This document shows positions 1-10,983 of a stretch of DNA of 64,000 nucleotides, piece after piece. Below the pieces are notes generated by a model that saw only the letters and a list, made by a program, of their open reading frames with translations, ran no database searches and was not told the origin of the DNA. A program made the translations under genes and the position numbers. Position 1 is the first letter of the stretch; every line of letters begins with the position of its first letter. The stretch lies in assembly GCA_965223905.1 (NCBI GenBank), contig CBDCXV010000009.1:32001-96000 (forward strand). Reading direction: 5' to 3'. This DNA comes from Candidatus Latescibacterota bacterium. Its GTDB lineage: Bacteria; Latescibacterota; UBA2968; UBA8231.

Positions 1-420
1 CGTGGCGCCGTTCTCGGGGGTGAATTCCGACAGCGCGATCAGCGACTGCGCCATGGTGGGAAACGCGGTGTGGACGTTGAAGGGAGGGTTGGGGACGAAG
101 GGGCCGCCGTCCCGGTGCAGGCCCTGCGCCTCCATTCCCGGCAGCGGCGAGCGCGCCCCCATGTCGGAGAGGATGCAGTCGGGGCCCAGCAGGTACTCCA
201 TGCAGGCGACCAGCCGCGGCAACTGGATGATCTCGCGGAACACCTCGGCGCGCGCGGTCAGGTTGTGGGTGCGCCTGGCCCCCGGTTCGTGTTCCTCCGA
301 GCGCTCTTCCTCATAGCTGGCGCGCAGCGCCTCGACCGCCTCGTCGATCCGGCGCTGTTCGAGCATCCCCTCGAGGATGGTGAAGCCCTGCTCGTCGAGC
401 TCGCGGAAGTGGGCTTCCAT
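1..420 (-). CDS. Phytanoyl-CoA dioxygenase (PhyH) family Fe(II)/2OG dioxygenase, 3' end outside window
   Basis: Manual translation from ATG at 420: MEAHFRELDEQGFTILEGML...QGLHRDGG...ALSEFTPENGAT (HxD motif; FTxENGAT motif). Confidence 0.85.
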   Translation of the reverse strand, partial: MEAHFRELDEQGFTILEGMLEQRRIDEAVEALRASYEEERSEEHEPGARRTHNLTARAEVFREIIQLPRLVACMEYLLGPDCILSDMGARSPLPGMEAQGLHRDGGPFVPNPPFNVHTAFPTMAQSLIALSEFTPENGAT

Positions 421-737
421 GGCTGAATCGGTCATAACGCTCCCCTATATCAAAATGGATTTACGAACCGATGCCATGGTGATCGTCGACCGCGCGATCT
501 GCGCTACCTCGACTGAGGCGGCGCCCCCCCTTCCCGGACCACCAGCCGCTTGTCGACGGACGCGTCCAAGAGCCGCTGCAGCGTTCCCCCCGGCCAAGTG
601 TTTCCGACGCTGTCCGCTTCCGGCGGCAGGGGAAACATGCGAACAATCCTCGCAAAAGCCACAGCCAGGGGTTATATCTGTGCGCAGGGCGAGCCGTTCC
701 ACCGACCCGGAACGGTAGCAGCCCCCCCCCACCATCC

Positions 738-2768
738 ATGTCCACCCTGAAACCGCAACCTGACAGCCCGCCTCCGTTTTCCAGGCGCATTCCCTCCTGT
801 CCTGGATTTCCAGGAGCGGAAGGGGTCGGATACGGCGTCCTCCGAACCGGTCTCCGCGCGGGCCTTCCTGCTGGGAGCGGCGCTCTGCCTGCTCATCGGC
901 GTCGGAACGATTTACGGCAACGCCATCGTCCAGGGAACGTTCATGGCCTGCCTTCAGCAACCCGGTGGCGCTCTTCCTGTTCTTCTACCTCGTGCTGGGC
1001 AACCTCCTCGTCGGCGCCATGGCACGCGGGTTCGCCCTGCGCCGCGGGGAGCTGGTGCTGATCTACGCCATGATGATGATTGTCGGCGTCGATCCCCACC
1101 TTCGGGGTGGTAGAGCACCTGCTGCCGATGATCACCGGGGTGTTCTACTACGCCACCCCGGAAAACAAATGGGCAGAGCTGATTCAGCCCCACGTCCCTT
1201 CCTGGATCGCCCCCCGGGAGGAGAGCCTGATCCAGGGCTTCTACGAGGGGCTGCCGCCCGGGGCTCCGATTCCCTGGGAAGGGTGGTTGGAGTCGCTCGC
1301 CTGGTGGTCGGTTTTCCTGATGGCCCTCTGGCTCGTGTCGATCAGTATCATGGTGATCCTGCGCCGGCCCTGGATCGAGGGAGAGCGGCTCCTCTATCCG
1401 ATAATGCAGGTGCCGATCGAGATGGTCGACGGGGGGACCGGGGCCCGGCGCACCGCGGGCCACATCTTCCGGCAGCCGCAGACGTGGATCGGCTTCGCCT
1501 TGCCGGTCCTGGTCGGCACCGCCAACGCCCTGAGCAGCTATTTCCCCCAACTCCCGTCCTTCTACTGGCGGTCGCAACTGAGCCTGTTCAACGACACGAT
1601 CCAAATACCCTTTACGTTCTCCTTCTCCCTGATCGGTTTCTCTTTCTTCATCAACCGCAATCTCGCCCTCGGCATCTGGGTTTTCTACCTGGTGACCCAG
1701 TTCGAGCAGGGGATCTTCAACACCTTCGGCGTGCGCAGCACCGAGAGACTGGGCTGGTTCAGCAATCCCTACTCCCCCTACCTGACCCACCAGGCTTTCG
1801 GGGCGATGATGGTGTTCGCCCTGTATACCCTGTGGAAGGCCCGCGCTCACCTGCTGGCGGTGGCGCGACGGGCGGCCGGCCTGGGACGGGCCGACGACCG
1901 GGAGGAGATCATGTCGTACCGCGCCGCGGCGCTGACCCTGCTGCTCGGTCTCGCGGTGATGGTGGCGTGGCTCGAGGCGGCCGGGATCCCGCTGTTGGCC
2001 GCGCTCCTCCTCGTAGCGGTCGCGCTGCTGATCTTTCTCGCCCTGTCGCGCCTCGTCGCCGAGGCCGGGGTGGCCCTGGCGCGGGCCCCGTTCATCGCAC
2101 CGGATTTCGTGATGGCGACCCTGGGGCGGTCCTTCCTCGGGAGCGGCGGACTGACCGGCCTGGCATACTGCTACCCGTGGACGGCGGACATCGTCACCTT
2201 CCCGATGGCGGCCTGCGGCAACAATCTCAAGATGATCCACGAGATCGTGCGTGGGAGGAAGAGGGCCTTCTTCTGGGGGATGGTGCTGGCCCTCGCCGTG
2301 ACCCTCGCCGGCGCCTGCTGGATCATCCTCTACCTGTCGTACCGGCACGGGGGGGTCAACCTCAACAACTGGTTCTGGCTCAACTCTTCGGATACTCCCC
2401 TCGCCTACATCACCACGATGATGAAAAACCCCTCCACCACCGGTCTGGGGGGGTGGCTGTTCACGGGGTTCGGGGCCGCCCTGATGGGAGTGCTTGTCGT
2501 GGTCCATCAGCGGGTAATGTGGTGGCCGGTCCATCCGCTCGGGCTGGCCATGACCGGCACGATCTTCACCTCGGGGTTGCTGTGGTTCAATGTCTTTCTG
2601 GCCTGGGCGGTGAAGGGGGTGGTGCTCAAATGCGGGGGCGGCGAGCTGTACCGCAAGGCGCGCTATTTCTTTGCCGGAATGATACTCGGCGCCTTCGTCG
2701 CGTCCGGCACCTGGCTGGCGATCGATGCCGTCACCGGCAAGGAGGGGAATTTCGTGCTCTCATGGTGA
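738..2768 (+). pseudogene. DUF6785/DUF6784-like polytopic membrane protein (putative transporter), frameshifted near 950 and 1080; start uncertain
   Basis: Three consecutive frames join into one protein collinear with the paralog at 2896-4831 (RAFLLGAALC / FSNPVALFLFFYLVLGN / SASIPTFGVVEHLLPMITGVFYYATPEN ... LRRPWIEGERLLYP ... WWPVHPLG). Confidence 0.7.
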
Positions 2769-2895
2769 CCGGGGGCCCGCTGGTTTGGGCTTTCGCAAGT
2801 TTGCAAGCGGAGGGCGACTGCGGGAGCGTTTACAGCGCAAGCCCGACTCCGGTGCCGCACTGACCCAGGCTGTCACCGCACCTCTCAGGCGCCGG

Positions 2896-4831
2896 TCACT
2901 GCCAGCCGAGGACGAAGTTGTTGGTCATGCCGGTGAAGTGGTCGATGACGAGCCAGGTTCCCGAGACGACGAAAGCCCCCAGGATCATGCCGATGAAGAA
3001 CGAGCGCAGGCTCCTGTAGGCGGCGCTGCCGCCGTACCTCAGCACCCAGCCCTTGATCAGCCAGGCGAGAAACACGTTGAACCACATTACGCCGGAAGTG
3101 AACACCGTGCCTCCCATGGCGAGGCCGAGGGGATGCAGGGGCCAGGAGACGAAGCGCAGCTGGCAGATCATCAGCAGCCACATCATGCCGGCGCCGAAGA
3201 GGGTGAACATCCAGCCCCAGAAGTCGGTGGTCGCGGTACTGTTCAGCATCTGCGCGAGATAGGTGAGCGGGAACTCCGACGAGTAGCGCCACCACCAGTC
3301 GTGCAGGTTGATGCCGCCGTACGAGTACGACAGGTGGATGACGATCCAGAACGAGGAGACCAGGGTCACCAGGATTCCCAGCATCATCGCCCAGAAGAAC
3401 GGCCTGCGCTGCGGCCCCGCCACCGTCTCCTCGATCAGCTTCAGGTTGTTGGCGCACAGAAGCCATCGGGAAGGTGACGATGTCGGCGGTCCAGGGATAG
3501 CAGTAGGCCAGGCCGGTCAGGCCGGATCCTCCCAGCCGCGACACCCCCATGCTGGCCATGATGAAGTCCGGGGCGATGAGGGGCGCGCGCACCAGGGCCA
3601 CACCGGCTTCGACGACGATGCGGCTGAGGGCGATGAAGATGAGAAAGGCGACGGCGAGAAAGAGCGGAACGACCCACAGGGGGATGCCGGCGGCGTTGAG
3701 CCACGCCGTCATCACCGCCAAGCCGCCGACGATGCCGAAGACGGCGCCCCGGTAGGAGATGACCTCCTCGCTGTCGTCGATTCCGGGGTCGCCGGTGAAC
3801 GCCTTGCGCACCACCTGGCGCAGGTGGGTGCGCGCCTTCCACAGGGTGAACAGCGCGAACATCAGCATCGCCCCGAGGGCTTGGTGGGTCAGGTAGGGGG
3901 CCTCGGGGTTGGAGAACCACCCGAGCTTCTCGGTGCTTGCGATGCCGAGAGTGTAGAAGGCCCCGCGCTCGATGATCGTCAGGAGATAGAAGACCCAGAT
4001 GCCGAGTCCGAGCGGCTGGCTGATGAAGTAGGAGAACCCCAGCAGCGAGAAGGAGACCTGCATGGGCACGCTCACCCCGAGAATCGTGAACCCCGCGCTC
4101 ATGCTGATGCCCCGGAAATAGGGGGAGTAGTGGCTGAGGCCGTTGATCGAACCGATGACTACCGGCAGGGCGAAGCCGATCCAGAACAGCGACCGTCGCA
4201 GCAGGGGCGGGACCGCCGCCATGGGACCGCTGTCCTGTTCCGATGCGACCAGCTCGATGGGCGCCTGCATCATCGGGTAGAGGAGACGTTCCCCCTGGAT
4301 CCACTGCTTGCGCAGCAGCACCATCAGGCAGATGGAGACCAGGTGCAGGGACAGCAGGAACAGGAGCCAGGCCGACAGCGATACCATCCATCCGCCCCAG
4401 GGGATCCCCTCCCCCTGGGGCAGTCCCTCGTAGAACCCGCGGATCACCCCCTCCTCGCTGGGAGCGATCCACCCGGGGACCATCGGCTGGATGAGGTCGA
4501 CCCAGCCGTTCTCCGGCGTCGCGTAGTAGAAGACGCCGGTAATCATCGGCAGCAGGTGCTCGACGAGGCCGAAGGTCGGCAGCGAGGCCGACACGAACAT
4601 CATCGCGAAGATGAGGACGAGCTCCTCGCGGCGCAGGGAGAGGCGGCGCGCCGCCAAGCCGACGAGGATGTTGCCCAGGACGAGGTAGAAGAAGAAGAAG
4701 AGGGCGATCGGGTTGCTGAAGCACCAGGCGACGAAACTGCCGCGGATGATGGTGTTGGCGTAGATGGCGCTGGTGCCGATGGTGGCGCACAGCGCCGCCC
4801 CGATCAGGAACGCCCGGAATCGGAGGATCAC
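2896..4831 (-). pseudogene. DUF6785/DUF6784-like polytopic membrane protein paralog, frameshift near 3455
   Basis: ORF 2885-4831 matches the first paralog up to WTADIVTFPMAS; homology continues in ORF 2896-3423 (FFWAMMLG...WPLHPLG...GTWLVID). Confidence 0.7.
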
Positions 4832-5074
4832 GGCGCTGGCGTCCTGTCCAGGAGATGGATTGCAGGGATTCGGCCGCGAGACGGGATTGAGGCAAAAAAC
4901 CGCGCGGAGGAAGATTTCATTGAGCCGCGATTTTTCCCTCGAATGGATCGGCGGGAGTATGGCAGGGGAATATTGGGACAGGGCTATCGGTCAGCCGGGA
5001 CCCACTGCTCCGGGGCGCCGCGGGGAACCGGCAACGGCCGTGCAGCTCGATGTCGGAATCGATGGGCAACGTGT

Positions 5075-5910
5075 TCAGCCTTCTCCCGGAAGGCGGATGC
5101 GGGACAGGGCCGCCTCGTCGATTCGGACCTCACCGGCGTACTGTACCCGCAGCTCTTCGATGTACCCGTTGAAGAGTTCCTCCCTGCGGATCATGTTGAG
5201 GATGCCGCGGATACGGGGCGCCTCCTCCTCCAGCCCCTGGACCCCGGCAGCCGGGGCCAGCTGCACGGCGTAGCTGTCGGGGTCGGCCGGGGCTGACCCG
5301 CGCGCTTCCATTGCCCGCGCGTCCACCAGGTGTCCCCCACCCTGCTCTCGACTGGTCAGTCGGGAGTGGATTGCGCCGAGATCGAATCCGTTCACCAGGT
5401 AGAGGTCGAGGTGGCCGTCGCCGTCGAAGTCGGCGCCGCCGCCGGCAGCCATCGTCTCGATCAGAAAATAGTCCCCGGCCGAACCTTTGACGTGATCGAA
5501 ATCGATACCCGAGCCGCCCGGCAGGGGCGTCCCCGGGAAGCCCGCCAAGCCCTGACCCGGGCGGTCCAACTCGACTCCACCCACTGGCAGGCCTGGCTCA
5601 ACCTCGGCACGCTGAGGTCCGCGGCGGGGACCCGCGTGGGGCGCTGCCGATCTTCCGCGTGGCTCGCGGCGCTCCCGGGCGGCTCGAACCCTGGATGGAC
5701 CTGGCCGGCGCCTACCGCAGGGCCGTGCAGGCGGCGCCGGACGCCCATCACCCTTACGGCGGCTTGCTGCGGGCCCTGATGATGGCAGGGCAGCCGGATC
5801 GCGCCCGCGAGGTTCTGGAAGATGCGGTCGAGCGCTTCCCGGGCCGCGCCCGCTCCTTCCGGGAGGCCTTCGGCCGCCTGGAAGCCAGCCGGAGCGGCGG
5901 CGTCCGCTGA
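5075..5910. pseudogene. Mosaic of gene fragments: FG-GAP/CRTAC1 N-terminal piece and a SurA/PPIase-like C-terminal helix (minus), TPR fragments (plus)
   Basis: SGIDFDH..YFLIETMAAGGGADFDGDGHLDLYLVNG; LEEEAPRIRGIL..REELFNGYIEELR; REARQALTRAVQLDSTHWQAWLNLG; none has a proper start and stop. Confidence 0.55.
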
Positions 5911-6041
5911 CCATCCAGAAACGCCGGCCGCATGCTTGACGCGCGAGCGGCCCCTTACATCTTCCCGCTTCCCGTGCGGGTCAGCGCGGACCGCGGGGAC
6001 CTTTCGTTCCGCGGCAACCGGTTACCAGACGAGGACAACCG

Positions 6042-6911
6042 ATGGACAACATCTATCTGCGATGGGCGGGGTGCGGCCACTTCGACGTGCTGATGGGGGA
6101 TGTCAACATCTGCTTCGATCCCTACCTGTTCGGCGACAACCTCGAGGCCGCCGAGCCGATCTTCGACTACATCTTCATCAGTCACGAGCACTTCGACCAC
6201 GCCCATCCGAAGACGCTGAAGAAGCTGTGCCGGGGGGACCGCTTCAAGAAGCTTTTCGTGCCGATCGGCTGCCTGACGCCGAACGAGCCGGTCCACGGCA
6301 AGTATGGCTATGCCGCCTTCGATCGCGACCTGCCGATCACCAAGCACATCCCGGTCGACAAGGTGCAGGTGGCCTACCCGAAATACCAGGACGAAGAGAA
6401 GAACGGCCGCCGCGATTTCCCCGGACCGTTCGAATTCGATCTCGGGCCGCTGCAGGTAGAGGTGTACGAAAGCGGCGAGAACGCGCGGCCCGACCTGCCC
6501 ACCTGTGCATACCACGTGGTGCACGCGGAGCGGGACGTCTCCGTGTTCCACACCGGCGACCTGCACGGCGCCTACCCTCCCCTGGAGCGGATGCGGGGAC
6601 GGGTCGACTATCTCGTGCACATGAAGACCCCGATCGGGCCCCTGGTCGAAGCGGTGCAGCCCCGCTTCGTGGTGCCCACGCACTACCGCACGGACCGCGA
6701 GACGGAGCCGATCCCCGCGGGCCACTGGCCGCCCAACCTCACCGACGTCAACGCCTTCCTCGAAGATATGCGCGAGCAGATCGGCGACAGGGCCACCATG
6801 CTGCCGTTTACCGCCCCGATGCAGTACGAAGTCGAGATGCCTTCAAAGAAGGTGAAGTGGGCCTGGGAATGGTTCAACTCGTGGGACGTGCCCAAATGGA
6901 TAGAGGAGTAA
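6042..6911 (+). CDS. MBL-fold metallo-hydrolase (UlaG-like)
   Basis: FDPY, ISHEHFDH, HTGD and PTHY motifs; GAGGA RBS upstream. Confidence 0.85.
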   Translation: MDNIYLRWAGCGHFDVLMGDVNICFDPYLFGDNLEAAEPIFDYIFISHEHFDHAHPKTLKKLCRGDRFKKLFVPIGCLTPNEPVHGKYGYAAFDRDLPITKHIPVDKVQVAYPKYQDEEKNGRRDFPGPFEFDLGPLQVEVYESGENARPDLPTCAYHVVHAERDVSVFHTGDLHGAYPPLERMRGRVDYLVHMKTPIGPLVEAVQPRFVVPTHYRTDRETEPIPAGHWPPNLTDVNAFLEDMREQIGDRATMLPFTAPMQYEVEMPSKKVKWAWEWFNSWDVPKWIEE

Positions 6912-6954
6912 CCCCTTGCCGACCCGGGAAATCGCTTGCGTTCCGGGCGAGGGG

Positions 6955-7531
6955 GCCGCAAAATGAAGAGTTCGGGGAAGCGGAGGGGTCGTTCACCCAC
7001 CGGTCGCCGCCCGAGCCGGCGTCGATCAGGGTGCCGGCGGCCGGGGCCGGCGTCTACGAGGTCAAGGTCGACTCGCCGCGCTGGTACGGCTGGAGCGAAC
7101 CGAGCATGCCGGCGGTGCTGGCCGGCGAGCCCACTGCCGATGGCGGGGCCCGGTTCTCGCTGATGCTGGCCCTGGGACGGCACTGGTTCTTCGGCGTTCC
7201 CGAGGGAACGAGAGAATTCCGGGTGCGCGTCGAGCTCGCCGATCCCAACCACGCGCTGCAGGTCGAGATCAACGCCCCGGACCGGATCGTCCAGGTGCTG
7301 TACGCACAGGGGGGCGCCCCGCGGGAGGTGACGGTGCCTGTTCCGGACGGACTCGACGGAAAGGTCTGGTTCCTGAAGCTGTCGGCCGGCAGCTCCACCC
7401 GGCTCCTCGGTCAGGGCGCCGGCAACCGGCGTACCGTGCAGATCGACCCAGACCTCGAGCTGCACGGCGTACCCGGGTACCTGGCCCCGACCTGGGAGCA
7501 GTGGTTCCACCCTGGGGATCCGTCCTCTTGA
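6955..7531 (+). pseudogene. C-terminal fragment of a larger beta-rich protein, no clear start
   Basis: Coding-like codon usage (HWFFGVPEGTREFRVRV...GVPGYLAPTWEQWF) without a start/RBS. Confidence 0.45.
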
Positions 7532-8092
7532 GTCCTGCCGGAGAAATGGGGAGCGCCGCCGGATTCAGCTTCTTGACAGCACCATGCTGGTTCCCCGGTA
7601 CGACTCGCTCAGGGCTTGCGAGCCGGGTGCCTCGGTGGGCCGAATTTTTGCAATCCATTTCCGGGACAGGACACTGGGAGCCCGGGGACGAGGCAAACTT
7701 GGCTTGCCGGGAGTGACCGGCTTGCACCGGCAGCCCGACCGTCCGGCCCTTCCGTAACCTGATCCCGCCGGGGACCCGGGGGAGAGCCCAGGTGCGCGGA
7801 AATGCGGGGAGTCCGGGCAAAGCCGGGGTAGGGCGCTTCCAGGAATCTACCCCGTAAAGCAGGGCGGGCTGGTTCCGCCGCTACCGAAGATGGAGGTGCA
7901 GGCTCCGTACGAGCAGTTTCGGCCGGGTGAGGCAAGCGCCTCCAGGGGTTTGCTCACTGGTCATTCTTCGGGGCGGAAATCCCGCCCGCCAAAGGAGGAG
8001 CGGTCCCGAGGCAACCCGGGTAAGCGCCGCGGCAATGGGCGGGACGCCAGCAGCCGGCAGCGAACCGTGCCCAAATCCCTCTGACGTCCTGC

Positions 8093-9028
8093 CTACGGCA
8101 CCAGTTCGTGCAGGTCCTCTATCCAGCGGTACCCCGGGGCGTCGGCGAGCTTGTACGCCCCTCCCATCACGAAGATGCGCCCGTCCACCAGGGCGGACGC
8201 CATCCAGGCCTTCCTGTCCGCCATGGGGGTTTCGACAGACCAGGAATCGGCGTCGACGTCGTAGATCTCGACCCTGGCGTGGTAGGGCCCGTCGTCTCCG
8301 CCCCAGCCCCCGAAGGTGTAGATCCTGCGGCCGACGGCGAGCACCCCCGGATCGCAGCGGCCGGTCGGAATCGGGGCCAGCTCCTCCCATCGGCCGCCGT
8401 CGGGGTCGAGCGCGAACGTGCGCCTGTTCACGCCCCCTTCCGGCCCGCCGATGCCGGCGGAGACGTAGATGCGGCCGCCGACGGCAGCAACCGCGGGACC
8501 CTGCAGACCTAGCGGCAGGGGAACACCCGGCGACCAGTGGCCGGTTGCCGCATCGAACACCTCGACGCGGTCGAGATGGGCGCCGCCGCTGCCGCTCTCG
8601 TTGTTCATGGAGTTGCCGCCGATGGCGTAGATCCTGCCGTCGCAGACGGTGGCGACCAGGCCGGCTCGAGGTTCGCTCAAGGATTCGACTGCGGACCAGG
8701 TGCCGGCGGCCAGATCTAGGCGCTCGACGCTGTCGCGGATCTCGAAGTGGCGCTCGTCCCCGGTTCGCCGCTTCTCCTCGTCGGGACGGACCCGCTTGCC
8801 GCCGATCGCGTAGATGGCGCCGTTCACCAGTCCGGCGCCGAACCACCCCCGCGCTGTCGGAATCGGCGGGCCGCTCTCCCAGCTGTCGCTTTGCGGGTCG
8901 TAGATTTCTACGGCGTGCACGGTTTCGTCTCCGGCGCCGGAGACCGCGTAGATCTTCGAGCCGACGGTTATCGCCTGCAGGTCGTGCCGCGGCGTCGGCA
9001 TCGGTTGCCGCTGTATCCATTGCCCCAT
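8093..9028 (-). CDS. Kelch-repeat beta-propeller protein
   Basis: Six repeats of W..(M/I)PT.R.....V.G.IY..GG; ATG at 9028. Confidence 0.9.
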   Translation of the reverse strand: MGQWIQRQPMPTPRHDLQAITVGSKIYAVSGAGDETVHAVEIYDPQSDSWESGPPIPTARGWFGAGLVNGAIYAIGGKRVRPDEEKRRTGDERHFEIRDSVERLDLAAGTWSAVESLSEPRAGLVATVCDGRIYAIGGNSMNNESGSGGAHLDRVEVFDAATGHWSPGVPLPLGLQGPAVAAVGGRIYVSAGIGGPEGGVNRRTFALDPDGGRWEELAPIPTGRCDPGVLAVGRRIYTFGGWGGDDGPYHARVEIYDVDADSWSVETPMADRKAWMASALVDGRIFVMGGAYKLADAPGYRWIEDLHELVP

Positions 9029-9198
9029 CCTGTCTATCCTCCTCTGTTGTCGTGGCCCCAAAACAGCGACCTCGATGCCTTGCGGACAAGCTGCCCCGAA
9101 GTTCGGACGGCAGGCACTGTCGCGTCCCACGGGTAACTTCAAAAATTCCCGGCGCTGATGCGCCTTGGACGCGACGGTACATCAGCGGAGAGAATCGA

Positions 9199-10875
9199 AT
9201 GCCCACGATGACCGGCGCCCAGGTTATGGCCGACATGCTGAAAGGGTACGGCCTCAGCCATCTGTTCATGGTGCCCGCGGTGCTGCGGCGGACCATGGTC
9301 GAACTGGAGCGCCGCACCGGCATCAAGCGTCTGCACGTCCACTCGGAGAAATCGGCTGCCTACATGGCCGACGGCTACGCCCGCGCCACCCGGCGTCCGG
9401 GGGTCTGCATGGCCCAGGTGATCGGCGCCCTCAACCTCGCAGCCGGCCTGCGGGACGCGCATCTCGCCCACTCTCCGGTCATCGCCATGACGGGGGGCCG
9501 CGATCCGCAGACCAAGTTTCGCGGAGTGTACCAGGAGGTCGACGACCTCCCCGCTTTCGAGCCGGTGACCAAATTCAACGCCACCGTCGACGCCGTGGAG
9601 CGCTTTCCCGACATGATCCGCCAGGCGTTTCGCGCCGCCACCTCCGGCACGCCCGGTCCGGTGCACCTGCAATTCCGGGGAAACGAGGGCCAGATCGACG
9701 CCGAGCACGCAGACATGGAGGCGTGGTGCGAACCGGGTTTCGCCCAATTGCCGCCGTTTCGGCCCGAGCCTGGCGATGAGGAGGCCCGAGCTGCGCTGGC
9801 GCTGTTGGAAGCGGCGCAGCGGCCCGTCATCGTCGCCGGCGGCGGAGTGCGCGCATCGGGGGCAGCCCCCGAACTGGTTGCCCTGGCAGAATGCCTCAAC
9901 ATCCCGGTCGCCACCTCTCTTAACGGCAAGGACGTCATCCCCGGATTCCACCCCCTGTCCGTCGGAGTGGTAGGCACCTATTCGCGGGAATGCGCCAACC
10001 AGGTGGTCAACCAGGCGGATCTGGTCTGTTTCATCGGAACCACCGCAGGCGGCATGCCCACCCACTTCTGGCAGGTTCCGCCGCCCGGAGTGCCGGCGAT
10101 CCACATCGACATCGAAGCGCAGATCATCGGCCGCAACTACCCTCTGCAGGCCGCGGTTCAGGCCGATGCAAAGGCGGCCCTGACACGGATGCTGGCGCTG
10201 GCGGACTCCCACTCGGCGCCGCGGCGGGCAGCCTGGGTCGGGCGCGCCGGGCGCAATCGTCGGCGAGTGGCGCGGCAGGTACGGCGGCCTGCTGGGATCG
10301 GACGCCGTCCCGATGCGGCCCGAACGGATCTGCAAGGAGCTGACCGACCACCTGCCGGGCGATGCCATCGTCGTCGCCGACACCGGGCACGGCGGCATGT
10401 GGATGGGCGGCATGTTCGATCTGCGCACGCCGGGCCAGAGCTACATGCGCAGCGCCGGCCATCTCGGATGGGCCTTCCCGGCGGCGCTCGGGGCCAGGTG
10501 CGGGGCTCCCGAACGGCCGGTATTCTGCTTTACCGGTGACGCCGGTTTCTGGTACCACATCGCCGAGGTCGAGACCGCGGCGCGCTGGGGAATCGACGCC
10601 GTCATCCTGGTGAACAACAACAGCTCGGGCAACCAGTCGAAGCGCGGCTTCGACCGGGTTTACGATGGCGAGCAGACCGAGGATGGGCTGCGCCTGTGGC
10701 AGTTTACGGACGTCGACTTCGCCGAAATTGCCGAAAACATGGGCGCCGTGGGTATCCGGGTGGAAAAACCCCGGAGCTGCCCGGTGCCCTCGAGCGCGCC
10801 TTTGCCGCCAGACGCCCCGTCATCATCGATGCCGTCTCGGACATCGATGCGATGGCGCCCCTGGCGGTGACCTAG
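9199..10875 (+). CDS. Thiamine pyrophosphate-binding enzyme (acetolactate synthase-like), apparent frameshifts near 10250 and 10775
   Basis: SEKSAAYMADGYAR, GPVHL, GHLGWAFPAALGA, TGDAGF..NN motifs spread over three frames; ends MAPLAVT*. Confidence 0.8.
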
Positions 10876-10983
10876 CGCCTACGCGAGGCGTTGAGAGAAC
10901 CTCGGGCAATCTCCGGCGCAGCTGTCGGCGATGCTTTCAACCAGGAGTCGCGAACTTCCCCGGGCCGCTTTCCCGCAGGCAGC

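Noticed and set aside
7927-9198. N-terminal extension making an 870-aa ORF
   Set aside because: Arg/Pro-rich shadow of the opposite-strand Kelch gene; the TPP enzyme starts at 9199
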